Translations under genes and position numbers: made by a program
In this document: positions 36,463 to 48,030 of the stretch, piece after piece
Numbering within the stretch: position 1 is the stretch's first letter
How the letters are laid out: each line of letters starts with the position of its first letter
NCBI GenBank assembly: GCA_013239625.1
Contig: MU053216.1
Coordinates: 62,001-126,000, forward strand
Source of the DNA: Lama guanicoe
Taxonomy: Eukaryota
Direction: 5' to 3'
Length of the DNA: 64,000 nt
The notes under the pieces: model-generated
The model's input: the letters and a program-made list of their open reading frames with translations, nothing else
The model's database searches: none
What the model was told of the DNA's origin: nothing

Positions 36463-36918
36463 AGGTCGGGTGATGCTGTGTCCCCATGGGCCTCTGAGCC
36501 AGAACTTTGTGGCATGGGGTTTAAGTGCTCAGTAAGTATTAGCTATCTTTATAGTCTTAGAATTCTTTTTGTTTTTACTCGGTTCATCTTCCCAAGGCGC
36601 TTATCTTAGCTCTGCTGCTGACGGTGTGAGCTGACTTCCTCAGCGTAAAGTGGAGCATGGGACTACAGGCTTCGGAGGCCCTTCTGCTGCAGGTGGTTCT
36701 CTAACCCAGCGGTCTCGTCTTCCTACAGCAACTGCTTTCTCTTTCCACCTTCCCTGTTCCTGATCCGGAGATGCCGTGGTGGGGAGCTTACTGTCCACCA
36801 GATTCAGATTCTAGGCACAGACGGCCTTCTGTCCTGCCCTCCCCTTCCCCCTCTGGTCAAGTCACTTCTCCTGATGCCCGTTTCCCTGGGGAACCCCGCT
36901 CCCCTTCTTGGAACTCAC

Positions 36919-37013
36919 TCTTTCTTCTCTGCTGGATTTTTTCCAAATATTTGAAGGTGAAATTCTGAGTCTTGTGCTGATTCCAGGTCTTTCCCTCTCC
37001 TGTAACTGTCCTC
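36919..37013 (-). pseudogene. MGAT4EP: MGAT4E-like middle exon
   Basis: cccag| ... QNFTFKYLEKIQQRRK A|gtgagt; the phase-1 donor joins the 36231 acceptor in frame to give ...RRKTWLTVGIS. Confidence 0.7.
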
Positions 37014-37389
37014 CTGGGGTATTGACAGAGGCAAAACATGGTCCTCTCATCAAAAGTGTAGGGTTTAGGCCCTAGTGGTTTCCTGTAAGCTTTTTCAGGG
37101 AGAGTGGCTCGCTCACTGTCCCAGAGCGAGCCCGGCACATCCTCAGGAATCTGACCACCAGCCAGAGTATCCAGGGCTCAGTGTCTGTTTGCTTTCTTAC
37201 TTAAACAAATATGGGGGGAAATGTAGCTTCCTTGGGGACCAGTGGGTCCAGCCAGGTCCATACCACAACTCCTCTTTGGAGCCTCCAACTCTCTGCTGAA
37301 AGGTACAGGTGTTTTGAGAGTACACCTGTCCACATCCACCCCCCTCCACACGCTGAATTCCACAGAGAGAGCAAGGCTGCTGCGTGGCC

Positions 37390-37509
37390 TCGGATAGCCA
37401 TCACATCTTGGTTGTCTTCAGTTTCCCAGGGGATTTTCAGAACGAAGACGAGCCACAGGAACCCAGCGCCCAGTGAGGTTAAGCAGCAGCGCCTGATGTA
37501 AAACTGCAT
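37390..37509 (-). pseudogene. MGAT4EP: MGAT4E-like first coding exon (type II signal anchor); 3' boundary uncertain
   Basis: ATG at 37509; MQFYIRRCCLTSLGAGFLWLVFVLKIPWETEDNQD shows a short basic tail plus hydrophobic anchor typical of Golgi glycosyltransferases. Confidence 0.6.
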
Positions 37510-39229
37510 GGAGTCCAAAGAGATCTGGCTCTTACAGCAAAAGGGCAAGGTGACAGCGGGGGGTGCTTCCTCCCGTCCAGCCTCCTGGGAGCCAGCCCCT
37601 CACACCCCATATCCACCCTTCCTCTCACTGGTGTGAACTGACTTCCTAACTTGCCTTTCTGTCTGAGCTGGATGGAGCCTGATTCCCTGCCTGAGGAGGG
37701 AGGGCCACCTGCCCTGCGACCTTTGCTGCCTTCTCTTTATAGGTTTGTCTGGAGAGTGAACTTCCCCAAAGTGATAAGGGTCTGCCCAGGGCTTCAGTGA
37801 TGAGACTCCTTTATCTGAGAAAACAGATGGTCACCACCCCCCTGCTTTTCTAAACAAAAGTCAAACTATTTACTAAAATAGCTGAACTTGAAGTGTTGCT
37901 AAGTGCAAAGCAATTTGGTGACTTTCTTACTTTTTGTAAAAGATATCCTTGATTTATTCCAATCCTTAGTCTTATTCACAGACCTTGAGTGGAACAGGAT
38001 TCTGTTAATTTAGAGTTTAAAAAAAAAAAACCTGTTTGTGAGTGTTAGGCTGCTGGAACTCAGGCGGGCTCAGACTCAGAAGCACCTGTGTGCTGCTCTT
38101 TCCTGTTAGTGTCTTTTCTCCAGTGAGAAGGCATTTTTCTGACTGTTTCTAAATGAGCAGAGGACAGACTGTAAGGTACCTTTGCTTCCACTCTCAACTC
38201 TTTCTCTGCATAGTCAGTGCCCGAAAGAAAAGAAATCGTGGCCAGTGATTTCTATGCTCCTGAGGCTACCGTATTCTCTCGTCTCCCCATCTTCCTGGTT
38301 CCCAGCCACTCCAGTATTTTTGGTAGAGGTTAGTAAGCTTCTCTCCCTTTACCATTTAGCTTTTTGATGGGACTTACACTTATAGATGGTAGTAAGGCTT
38401 AAACTTTTCTTATCTGGTTTCCTTAAGCCAGGACTTTTAAATCAGGTAGGTGATTCAGACACAAACCACTACATGCAACAGAAGTAGGCTTCTCTTCTCT
38501 GGAACATAAACGTGTGGATATGCACACTGAATAAAAGGCTTTACAATCGGGGCTAGAGGACCTCACCCTCAAGGAACAGCCCTGTCCCCTCTGCCCCTCC
38601 CTCATGGCTTCCCTGTCTGTCTCACCAGGAGCACTGCCCTCACTAGCCCTCTGAGTTCCACAGGCTCCTGGAAGAGGAGGAGGGAGAGAAAGAGGAACTG
38701 GGCCTCCGAGGATCAGTCTCTCTGGGCAGTGGGGGTGGTGAGCCTGGAAAGGCAATCTGAGCCCTGCCCCCACCCCGCCCAGTTCTCCAGCCTTGAGCTA
38801 AGCTCCCTCTGTGATGTTGCTCTGTGTCCTCACCACCTACACCATCATCAGAGGTACACCTGCTCAGGACATCCCTGTGGGTGGTGCTCACCTGAAAAGC
38901 AAGGACCCACCCTTCACCACTCCTCTGAGCTACGGCGGTTGGTGGGGGGGGGCTGGCTCCTAACCTGCAAACCTCTCACCTCTTCAGACCCATCACCCCT
39001 GCCATCACCCTTTTTCTCTTCTGTGATGCACCCACTCCTCTCACCCTCCTGGACATTCCCGTCACTGGAAAAAGGACCTCCACTAACTTCCAGTGGGTAA
39101 AAGAGCAAAAAGCACACCTCCCCCCTCAAATTCACATCCATGCCAAATTCTGTCCCATCCCCTCAGCCCCACACAGCAAACTCGTTATTAATTTCACATT
39201 TCCTCTCGCCACCTGACCAACTTCTCTGC

Positions 39230-40300
39230 AGCTTTTGACAAGGCTGACTGCTGCCTCCTCCTCCAGACCCTCTCCCCAACACGGCTCTTCCCCCCATCCC
39301 CAGCCATTCCTTCTCAGGTTCTTTCCTTGGTCACCCTCTTCCCAAACAGTGAATGTCAAGGGTCCCAGGACTCTGACCCAGTCTCATGGCTTTAAGTGCT
39401 ATATGCGTTACATATGAGTGTATGTGTGTGCATGCATACAGACATATGCGTATGTGTAATACTCTAATGCGTGTGTGTATCTTTCGACACAGTTTCATGC
39501 ACAGTGTACACACACACACACACACAGATAACCCTAGGGCTGATCTTATCTCCAGCCCTGATCTCTATCCCAAGCTCCAGACTACCCGACTCCAGACTAC
39601 CTGACTATTCAACATCTCCACTTGGGTGAATAAGAGGTATCTTAATCTTAAAAGAGTCAAAAGAGAACTACAGAATCTTGCTACCTCCCCAAGTTTTCTC
39701 CACCTCAGTAAAAAGCACCACCATCCTCTTAACACTCCCTGTTCAATCGATTAAGTCCTGTGACCTTTTCCTCCAAAATGTATGGGGAATAGGAGCCTTC
39801 CTCACCATCCCTGCTGCTTCATCCCGAGTCCACGCCACCATCACCTTCTGCCTGAAGCACTGCAACCACCTAATTGGTCCCTCACCTCCACCCTTGTCCT
39901 CCACACGGCAGAGAGGCCTTTAACGTGGCGGATCAAATATACCCCTTCCCAAACCCCAGACCACGGCCCACGGGTCTGACCCGGTCATCTGTCTGCCTCT
40001 TTGACTTCATCTCCTGCCCCCCACCCTGCCCTGCTTTTTCTGGGAGAGAGCATCCCTCAGACAAACCAAGCTGTTCCTTATCTCAGGTCTTTGCATGTGC
40101 TCTCCTTTTCTTAGAACTCGCCTCTGTAGACTTTCCACAAGCCGCCTCCTTCCATCACTCACGTCGGAGCTCAGATATTCCTTCTCCAGCCTCAGGTCAC
40201 CATGGCCAAAGTCGCCCCTGAAGGCAAGGCCTCTGTTTCACTCGATGCCATAGCACCTGGCACAGCTCCTGCCCAGAGAACAGCTTGGCAAGTGTGTCCT
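39230..40300 (+). mobile_element. LINE-2 fragments (interrupted by a TG/CA-rich simple repeat about 39410-39526)
   Basis: cagtctcatggctttaa, tccagccctgatctctatcccaagctccagact, aacatctccacttggg, ggtctttgcatgtgct are L2-like motifs. Confidence 0.6.
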
Positions 40301-40439
40301 GACTCATTAGTTATCAGGATTATGTGATACGGTGAGTGGTCACTATTTCTTCAACAAACACGATGCAGGATGCCAGGGCACAGCAGTGCCAGGAGGACTG
40401 GGCAGCACACAGAGAAGGCACCACATTGGTGATGATCCA

Positions 40440-40665
40440 GAGCTCAGGTTCTGGACTCAGACTTGGGCCAGAATCTGGTTCTGCTAAACTTACTGGCCAC
40501 CAGAGCTTGGCCAGATGACTGTCTCTGAACCCCAGTTCCTCATCTAGAAAATGAGGATGAAGGTACATGACATCCAGCGTCCTGAGGATTAAGAGCTCAC
40601 CCGCACAAACATGCCCAGCACACAGCGAGCACTGGAGTACTTGGTGGGCGTTAGCACTTTCGCTA
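40440..40665 (+). mobile_element. MIR SINE
   Basis: ctggactcagact...acttactggc...cttggccag...tctctgaaccccagttcctcatctagaaaatgaggatga. Confidence 0.7.
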
Positions 40666-40784
40666 TCAGGAGTGATGAGTGTTTTTCAAACATGGAGACT
40701 CGCCCTGCCTTCTTTTCCCTCATAGGAGAGAGGTCCATCTCCCCCTATTCATAAACCCTCACCCAAATTTTTACTTTTTGGTTC

Positions 40785-40908
40785 TTTTTTTTTTTTTTGG
40801 TGGGGGGACAGTAATTAGATTTATTATTCTGAGAGGAGGTACAGGGGATTGAACCCAGGACCTCATGCTTGCTAAGCACCGTGCTCTACCACTTGAGCTA
40901 TTCCTCCC
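40785..40908 (-). mobile_element. tRNA-derived SINE (Vic-1-like)
   Basis: Poly-T, then ggggattgaacccaggacctc...gctctaccacttgagcta; tactttt on both sides. Confidence 0.85.
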
Positions 40909-43649
40909 TGCTACTTTTAGGTTCTTACACAGATGCACAGCACTTTGAGAACTTATCCCTGTCTTGGCATCTGATTCCCACTTCTCTGAGGGCTTTAGTG
41001 GCAAGCAATAGAGGAAAAGGGGAAAATATATATTTTTTAATTTAAGTATAGTTAATTTAAAATGAAAATAAATATTTAAAAAACCATGACACCTCAGGTT
41101 CCTCATCAATGGTGCATTTTGGGGTAAGCCACCTGTGACACTGTGCTCCTGCCACGGCATGTCCTGGATGTGGACTCCGAACTTCGCTGACGAGAGAGTT
41201 CTCCTAGAAGCGTGAACTCGACCCTTGGGAGTGGGGGAAGATGGGCAGACGCTCACCTCCATCCCTCCAGCACTTGCTCTGGGTGCTTCAGCTAGAGCTC
41301 CTTGGGTAATCAGTGTTCTTTCTGCAAGTCAGCAAACTCATCATCCCACTAGCCTCGCAAGGGAGGCGGCCCCACCCAGAACTGTCTGACCACCAGCACG
41401 TTTGGTTGGCCCACCCACTGTTTTTTAAAAATTCAACTGAAGATTGAACATTTAAAAATTCAGAGGGCTTGTATAAAAACTTTTGGCTTCTCTTGAAAAA
41501 TGGCAACTTGCTGTCACCCTGGCATACAGCAGTGGCCCCAGGAACTGAACATGTGCCCTCCCTGTGGGTCCATCTGGCTGGCTTCTCTCATTTTTCCCTG
41601 TCCCTGTAGGCATTTGGGTCTTGACCTGTGCTCCAAGTCAGCTCTTTGGAGACTTGAAGACTCTGCTAGGTCCTGGTCTTACATTGGGCACTCATGTGTG
41701 ACAAGGTGCTGAAAAGACGGGGCAAAAGCAATCCCTGGAGTTGGATGGCTGTGGACAGGGGTAGGAGGGAAATGAATAGATTTCAGACAAGTGAATAATA
41801 AACGGTGGAAAAACAAACTGAAGAGATAAGAAATACGGTTGAGTTGTATACGGCATGGACAGTGCTCTGGAGGACTTAGAGAAAACAAGGAGGGGAAGGA
41901 GCAGTGGCTGAGATTCAGGGTTAGGTGGATCTGACAGAACTCACTACTTGATCCACCTCTTGTTGAAAGCTGCCAAACATCAGGAACGCTCCAAGCAGCA
42001 CTTTTCCAGTTGAGGGTCACAATCCACAGTGGGTTACAAAACCAACTTCGTGGGTCTCAGCAGCATGTAGTGCATCACTGTATAAGCGCAAGTATTGTTT
42101 TGTGATAGTGTTATATGTGAGCAAATGCACTATAGATGACAGTCCCCAAAGTGTGAGAGCAGTGTGGCTCAGCAGGGAGAGAAGGGCCAGCTGGTGGGCA
42201 GATTTGGGATGGGGCTCCCATGTCCTCTTCCCTCAGCTTTAGAAAAGGGAAGCTTTTCTAAAGCTTGCTGTTCAGGGAAGATCAAAGGCACTAAGATTTA
42301 TTATCTGTGTAACTTTTGTTGATAAACTTTTCTGAGTCTCAGCTTCTCCAACTGAAAAGTGGTGACAATATTACTCATCTACTTCACAGCACTAATACAT
42401 CCAACAGACTGAATGTCTCCCAGCCTCTGGCCCCATCTTTTTCCCACAGTGCAGTATTTCCAGGTGCTCACACATCATCCTGCCTGCCAGGGGAGAGAAG
42501 AAGGGAGCTGGCATTAGGGTTCTTGTCAGACCCTGTGCTGTACACTCAACAGGACTTGCTGACCATGGTGGATCTGGGAGTGCTCTGTGAAATTCTGATA
42601 TAATTACATAGAAGTTTTATTCCTCTTGGAAGACTTGCACCATTGACAAAGAGAATTCCAAACATTCCAACCATCCAAGGCCCTAGAGCTGCAGAGAGGG
42701 GTTCCTTAGTGCAGAGACCTTAGGGGTGATGGTGGCTGCTGCAGGGTGAACAGGGCACCTGAGTTCTCTTCTCTGCCTCTTGGCATCCCTCAGCAGAGTC
42801 CAGAGCCTCCAAAGTGGCCCAACCTGAATGGGAGGAAAACACCCAAAGTGAGTGTGGGTGACGCTGCCACTCCCTACCCCTGCGGGCAGGGCTGGCTGTG
42901 CTGGAAAGGAGGCTCCCTGAGGAGGGGCCCCACACACCCAGGTAAATCCAAGTCCTGAACCCTGGGTCCCTTTGGGCTGAGTCAGCAGAGAAGGGGTCCC
43001 AGGACTGGAGAGGGTGAGATGGGCAGCAAGGAGAGGTATTGAGTTACCAAGTGTCTCCCCAGGACCCAGACCCAGCTTCCCAGGGACAGAAGTCCCGAGA
43101 GAAGACCTCGGTCACGGTGTGAACTGATCCGCAGGGCAGCCCCGGAGCTGGGCGTGGGGCAGAACAGGGAGCACAAAAGTCCCACCAGAGATCATCCAGC
43201 AGAGCTGGAGGAGTTGCTGGTTCCAGGGAACCGAGTAGGGCAAAGGTATGGGGAATGACAGGGGCTCATCTCACAAAGGGAAGTCCACCCCGCCCCGGGT
43301 CCCCCCACCCCCGGCAGACCGGTCTGTTGTGAGATTTCTTCCTGCTTCACCTGGGCAGCCAGATTCTTCTCTTTGCATGGTCCAAAACTCCATCCTCGGC
43401 CAGACGGAGCCGCAGACACCAAAGGCCATTTCCTGTCCAACAAATGCGTGAAGCTTCTACCCAGTCCTCGAGCTGGAGACTCTGCCTCCTTCCCTCCAGC
43501 GTCTTACAATCTGGTGGAGAGGCCTGCTCAGGGAAGAGGGCAGGGACAATGTGAACAGACAAATACCGAGTTAAAGGTGCAGTAATAGAGACGTCCTGGG
43601 AGTGCACAAAGTAAATAAAATAAAGTAAAAGAGGGGTGCCACCAAGGAG

Positions 43650-44550
43650 GCAGCTCATCCTGAAATTTCAGGGTCTATGCGTTTCCACAGGGTACATCTG
43701 ACACCAAACATTCCAGGGCCCCCAAAACGGTGGCGAGATAACAGCAATGAGCTGGAGGGAGGAGCTGAGGTGGACTGTCAAGAGGTCTTTGGGAAAACTG
43801 GGGGAATGGAGAGGAGAGAGGAGGTCCAACAGGGCTGGGAGGTGACGAGTGGTGTAGGTAGGGAGGCCGCGTGAGGCCGGCGCAGAGACGCGGGGTCGGC
43901 CGGATGGAGGGGAGGCGCAACACCCACCCCGTGCGTCCCGGAAAGCGGCGGGAGGCCGCGGCGGGCGCAGGGCAGGGAGCCGCCCTCCACGTGCGCTACG
44001 TGCCGTGCGGGCCGCCCTGTCCGCGGCCGCTGGGGAGCCGGCCTCCCGGGTCCCCCAGTCCAATCCGGGGGACAATGCACGGGACCGGGTCGCTCCCTGG
44101 TTTGCGAAGTCTGCAGCGCGGCGCCCGGAAGGAACGCAGGGGCGCCCCATCTTTGGGCGGCAGGTCCAGGGCGCAGGCTGCAGACCGGGGGCAGCGGCCG
44201 GGGTGGGGTCGGACAGGCTTGGCGGAGGAGCATAGAGACCCCAGGAACTTGTGCGAGGCTCTGGGCCGCACAAATGCTGCGGCTGGCGACGGAGCCGGGC
44301 GGGGCGGGGTGTCGTCCCGGTTAAGGAGGGGTTCCTGGAGACGTGGCACCCGGACGGGGGTCGGTTCCGCTCCGGCTGCCGGGGCTGCAACCCGCCTGCC
44401 CCGGCCCCGGCCGCGACCCCGGCCCGCCCTAGCTCCGCTGCCCGCTGCCCGGAGCCCTGCACCTCCAACTCGAAGCACATCCCGGGTTCTGAGGCGCCCC
44501 GCGGCTGTGGAGCAGACAATGCAGCGCGCGCCCCGCCCCCGAGCGTCGCA
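43650..44550 (-). ncRNA. Possible orthologue of lncRNA PCAT6 (KDM5B-AS1); boundaries approximate
   Basis: Position divergent from KDM5B matches human PCAT6; - strand caggaacccctcctta near 44322-44337 resembles recalled human PCAT6 sequence; no transcript evidence available. Confidence 0.35.
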
Positions 44551-44990
44551 CCGGCTGGCCAATCAGCGCCCGCGGCCTGCCGGCCAATCAGCGCCAGCGG
44601 CCGGGCTCTTTAAAAAAAGAAGAGCCGGCGCGACGCGGCTGTCAGCTGGAGGGATCCCTCCGCACATGTAAACACGCATCATAAAGGGCCGGGAGTGCCT
44701 CCGCGTCCCCGCGGGCGGAGTGGCCCCTCCCGGGGCCCCTCCCTGGTCCTCCCGGGCGGGGCCCCTAGCCGCCCGGGGGCCGGCGCTCCTCAGTGTCACG
44801 GCGCGTCAACGAAGAGCGGGCAGCCGCTGCCCGGTCTGGGAGCCGCGGAATTCCGTGGCTGGGGTCGCTACCGGAAGTGGGGGGCGCGGGGCGGGGAGGC
44901 CCGGGGCGGGAGCTGCGGGCGAGCTGGTGCTCAGCTGGGGACCGGAGTTTTCCGAGGGCTCGCCCCCCTGCATCTCGGTCATAACCCGAT
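43860..44990. promoter_or_regulatory. CpG island about 2.4 kb upstream of KDM5B with twin CCAAT boxes
   Basis: ggccaatcagcgcc at 44557 and 44582; TTTAAA at 44609; GC box near 44531; ETS motif ccggaagtg at 44871. Confidence 0.75.
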
Positions 44991-46269
44991 CATGTCTGCG
45001 GTTTTCCTCAAAGTTATATCTACCTGGCTTGGAGGATGATAGTGTTAAGTGTGGGATAGTCTTAACGGCACTCCCAGGAAAGAGCACATGACAGGAAATC
45101 AACTCCAGCGAGACCCTGGACAGCCCAGACCGCCCACGGCAAACAGCGACAACGAGGAATTTTCTCCCCAGCCTTTTATTATGAAGAAATTTCGAATATT
45201 CAGCAAAGTTGAATTTTTTTGCAGCAGATTCCTCTATACCCACGACCTAGATTCTACCATTAACACGTTATAACTTGTTACATCTCATATTTATCTTACA
45301 CTGATGACTTTTTCTCCAGTAGGATGCCAGCAGCTCCTCGGCTTAAGTCTCCACCACAGCGGCTTAACTAGGTTCCGAAGCCCTAGGCGGCAAAGAAAAG
45401 GACTACCTTCTACTAGGACCTCTCAACTCTTTTGAGGGCCAAGTACCTATGGGCATCCTTAAGAGTTTACTGAAGAGGAGGCTTCTTCCCTTCCAGCTTT
45501 TTAGTCGAAGAATCGTCAAGAATAAGATAATTATTTTTTTCTCCAGATGAATCTGAAAGCAGGGCTAGTACTCTGTTGACACCTATCTACCAGGGAGGCC
45601 CCAGCAAACAGTCCTTCCATGGGTTTGGCTGCTTTCTGGATAAGAGAGGTCTTTTTAGTGTTGAAGTCCTCCTTTTTAAGCTCCCTCTCTCCCCTTTTCG
45701 GGCGCAGGACATACCCCCCAACAAAGAAGAAAGTGTGCCAAAAGTCCTTTCACTGCTCTGCAAAATGGGATTCCGGTACCTGCCTCGCGGGCTGGTAGTG
45801 CGTATTTAAGGAGCTAAGGACCATTTGCAGCAATGCCTCACACACAGTAAGCATCAGGTAAACAACAGCTGTCGCTCCTGCTAATCATCCCCAGGCTTAC
45901 ATCTCCAGTTCTGACCGCTCCCCTTCGGATTGTCCCTTCAGCCTGCTGGGTATCTCCACCTGTACCAGACACCTAATACTCATCACGCCCAGAAGGGAAC
46001 ACATGACCGCCCCCACCCCGCCTCCCCAGACTGCCCTCTCATCCCGCAGAGATGCCAACGGCCCGCACCACTCTGGCAGGCACACTTTAGTCGTGCCGCC
46101 CACATTGTCACCTTCGTGTCCTACATCTGCACCCCTTCCTCCTAAGGAGGAGGCTGCCTTAATTTAGGCCCCAGCATTTCTCCTCTGGACTGGTTCAGGT
46201 CTTCTCCTTGTATCCAGACTCGTCGTCCTCTTTTCCCTGCAACGCCCCACCTTCCAGTGAGTGGAGTCT

Positions 46270-46450
46270 CCATCACTTCTTAGCCATATGACTTGGACAA
46301 ATTGCCTGATCAACTTGTGCCTCGCTGTCCTTATTTGTAAAATGGAAACAAGCAGCTGCCTCGCAGGGTTGTTGCGCACATTAAAGATTAATCATGAAAG
46401 CACGTGGCTCAGGGCCGAGGAGAGGCGTGCTCAGAGTGTATTATCCTCCT
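46270..46450 (+). mobile_element. MIR SINE
   Basis: acttcttagccatatgacttggacaaattgcct...gtgcctcgctgtccttatttgtaaaatgga...gggttgttgcg. Confidence 0.7.
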
Positions 46451-46479
46451 CCTAACTGCTGTTTTCTCACCTACAAGGC

Positions 46480-48030
46480 TGCTCTCACGTTCCAACTGCT
46501 GCCTCTACCTGGAGAAGTCTCCTCCGCGCCCAAGATTCCGCGCCCCTCCGGGGTCTGACCCAGTGTTCGGGCACTTCCCCCAGGGCGCCTCCCACGGCGC
46601 GGGACGGGACTGGACTGGACAGAGGGTGCACTCGTGGGCCCGGCCTCTCCCCAAGACTGGTAACTTCCTGAGGGAGGGAAGGGACTCTGGCACGTAGTCA
46701 ATGGTCTGTGGATGCGGGCTGGGCTGGATCGCGAGGACGAGCTCGGTCCCCGGAGGCCGCCCCGCCCGACCCGGGGGCGGGCGCTCGGCGCCGGGCGGGT
46801 GGGGGTGGGGCGGGACTCCTTTTCCTCGCCGTGGCGGCGGAGGCGCACGGCGTGGCTGGCGCGGAGCGGCACGGCGGCGTCGGTCCGGGTCGGAGTCTGA
46901 GTCTGAGGAGCCGGATCGGAGTCTGAGGAGGACCGGGCGGAGGAGGAGGAGGAAGGCAGAGGAGGAAGGCGAGGAGCCGTCGCTCAGCCGCGTCCGTGGC
47001 GGCTGCGAGGATGGAGGCCCCCTGCCCGCGCCCCGCGCCGGCCCTCGGCGGCCCCGGCCCGCTGGGCGAGTTCCTGCCGCCGCCCGAGTGCCCGGTCTTT
47101 GAGCCCAGCTGGGAGGAGTTCGCCGACCCCTTTGCCTTCATCCACAAGATCCGGCCCATAGCCGAGCAGACCGGGATCTGCAAGGTGCGGCCGCCGCCGG
47201 TGAGTCTCGAGCAGGGCTCGTTGCCGGGAGGGCGTCGGGGCCTCGGCGCGGGGGCGGGGAGCGGCCGGGCCGGGCAGGGGTTCGGATCCGGACGCGGCGG
47301 CAGCGGCACCGGCCCCGGGGCCGCGGCCGCCCGGAGCCCGCGGGGCGGAGGCGGGCAGGGAGGCGGGCGCGGAGGCAACCTCGGGGGCGGGCGCGGGTGC
47401 GGGGCGCCGGGCGGGTGCGGGGTGCGCGCCCCGCGAGTTGTCGCGAGGAGGAAAGTTTTCAATATGGCGGCGGAGCCCCTGGTCCTTTGTGTGGAGGCGG
47501 CGGCGGCCCGGGCGGCCTCACCTGGCGCCCCACCCTCCGGGCCCGGCCCCCCGCCCCGGCCCGGACCCTCGGCGGGCCTCCTGAGGCCGGAGGCGAGGCA
47601 GGGCGGCCGCGCCGGGCGGGAGGAGCCCCGGGCCGGGCCGAGCGGACTTGCTGAGGGGGCGTGAGCCTGGGGGCCGGCCGGGCCCCTGTCCCGAGGGCCG
47701 CCTGCAGCGGGAGGTGTCACCCCGGAGACGGATGCCGCCCCGTGTCGCGACCTGGAGCTGAGGGCCCCGCGCAGCCCCCGGCCCGGGTGGGCTTGAGGGT
47801 GGGTGTTCCTGAAACGGTCCCCAACGGCTGTAACGTCACGGCGGTTGGACGGCCAGGGACCGTTGGAAGGAGATTCAACTGCTTTTCCTACAGTTTGAGA
47901 ATCTTGTCCCCACTTCGCCCCCGCCCGCACGGAGGGAGACCCCCCTCCCTCCGCTGTCTGTCTTCGGCTTGCTCTTTAGTGACGTTTGAGTTGCGGGGGT
48001 TCTGTGCGTCGCCGTTCTGCTCTGGAGAGC
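46480..48030 (+). promoter_or_regulatory. KDM5B CpG island promoter / exon 1 / proximal intron 1
   Basis: Very high GC and CpG; several GGGCGG boxes; GGA-rich 5' leader. Confidence 0.88.
47011..47199 (+). CDS. KDM5B: KDM5B (JARID1B/PLU-1 H3K4 demethylase) coding exon 1, JmjN domain; rest of gene is outside the window
   Basis: aggATGG Kozak context; [63 protein letters not shown]|gtgagt. Confidence 0.96.

Noticed and set aside
43668..44671. 283-aa (-) and 266-aa (+) ORFs in the upstream CpG island
   Set aside because: Low-complexity GC-driven ORFs on both strands; no evidence of coding beyond length.
46701..47102. Upstream ATG ORF overlapping the KDM5B start out of frame
   Set aside because: It would act as a uORF only if transcription starts before 46701, which the sequence alone cannot show.
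46698..47930. 410-aa - strand ORF and other long ORFs over the KDM5B island
   Set aside because: Pro/Arg/Gly/Ala-rich products expected from stop-poor GC-rich DNA; no domain similarity.
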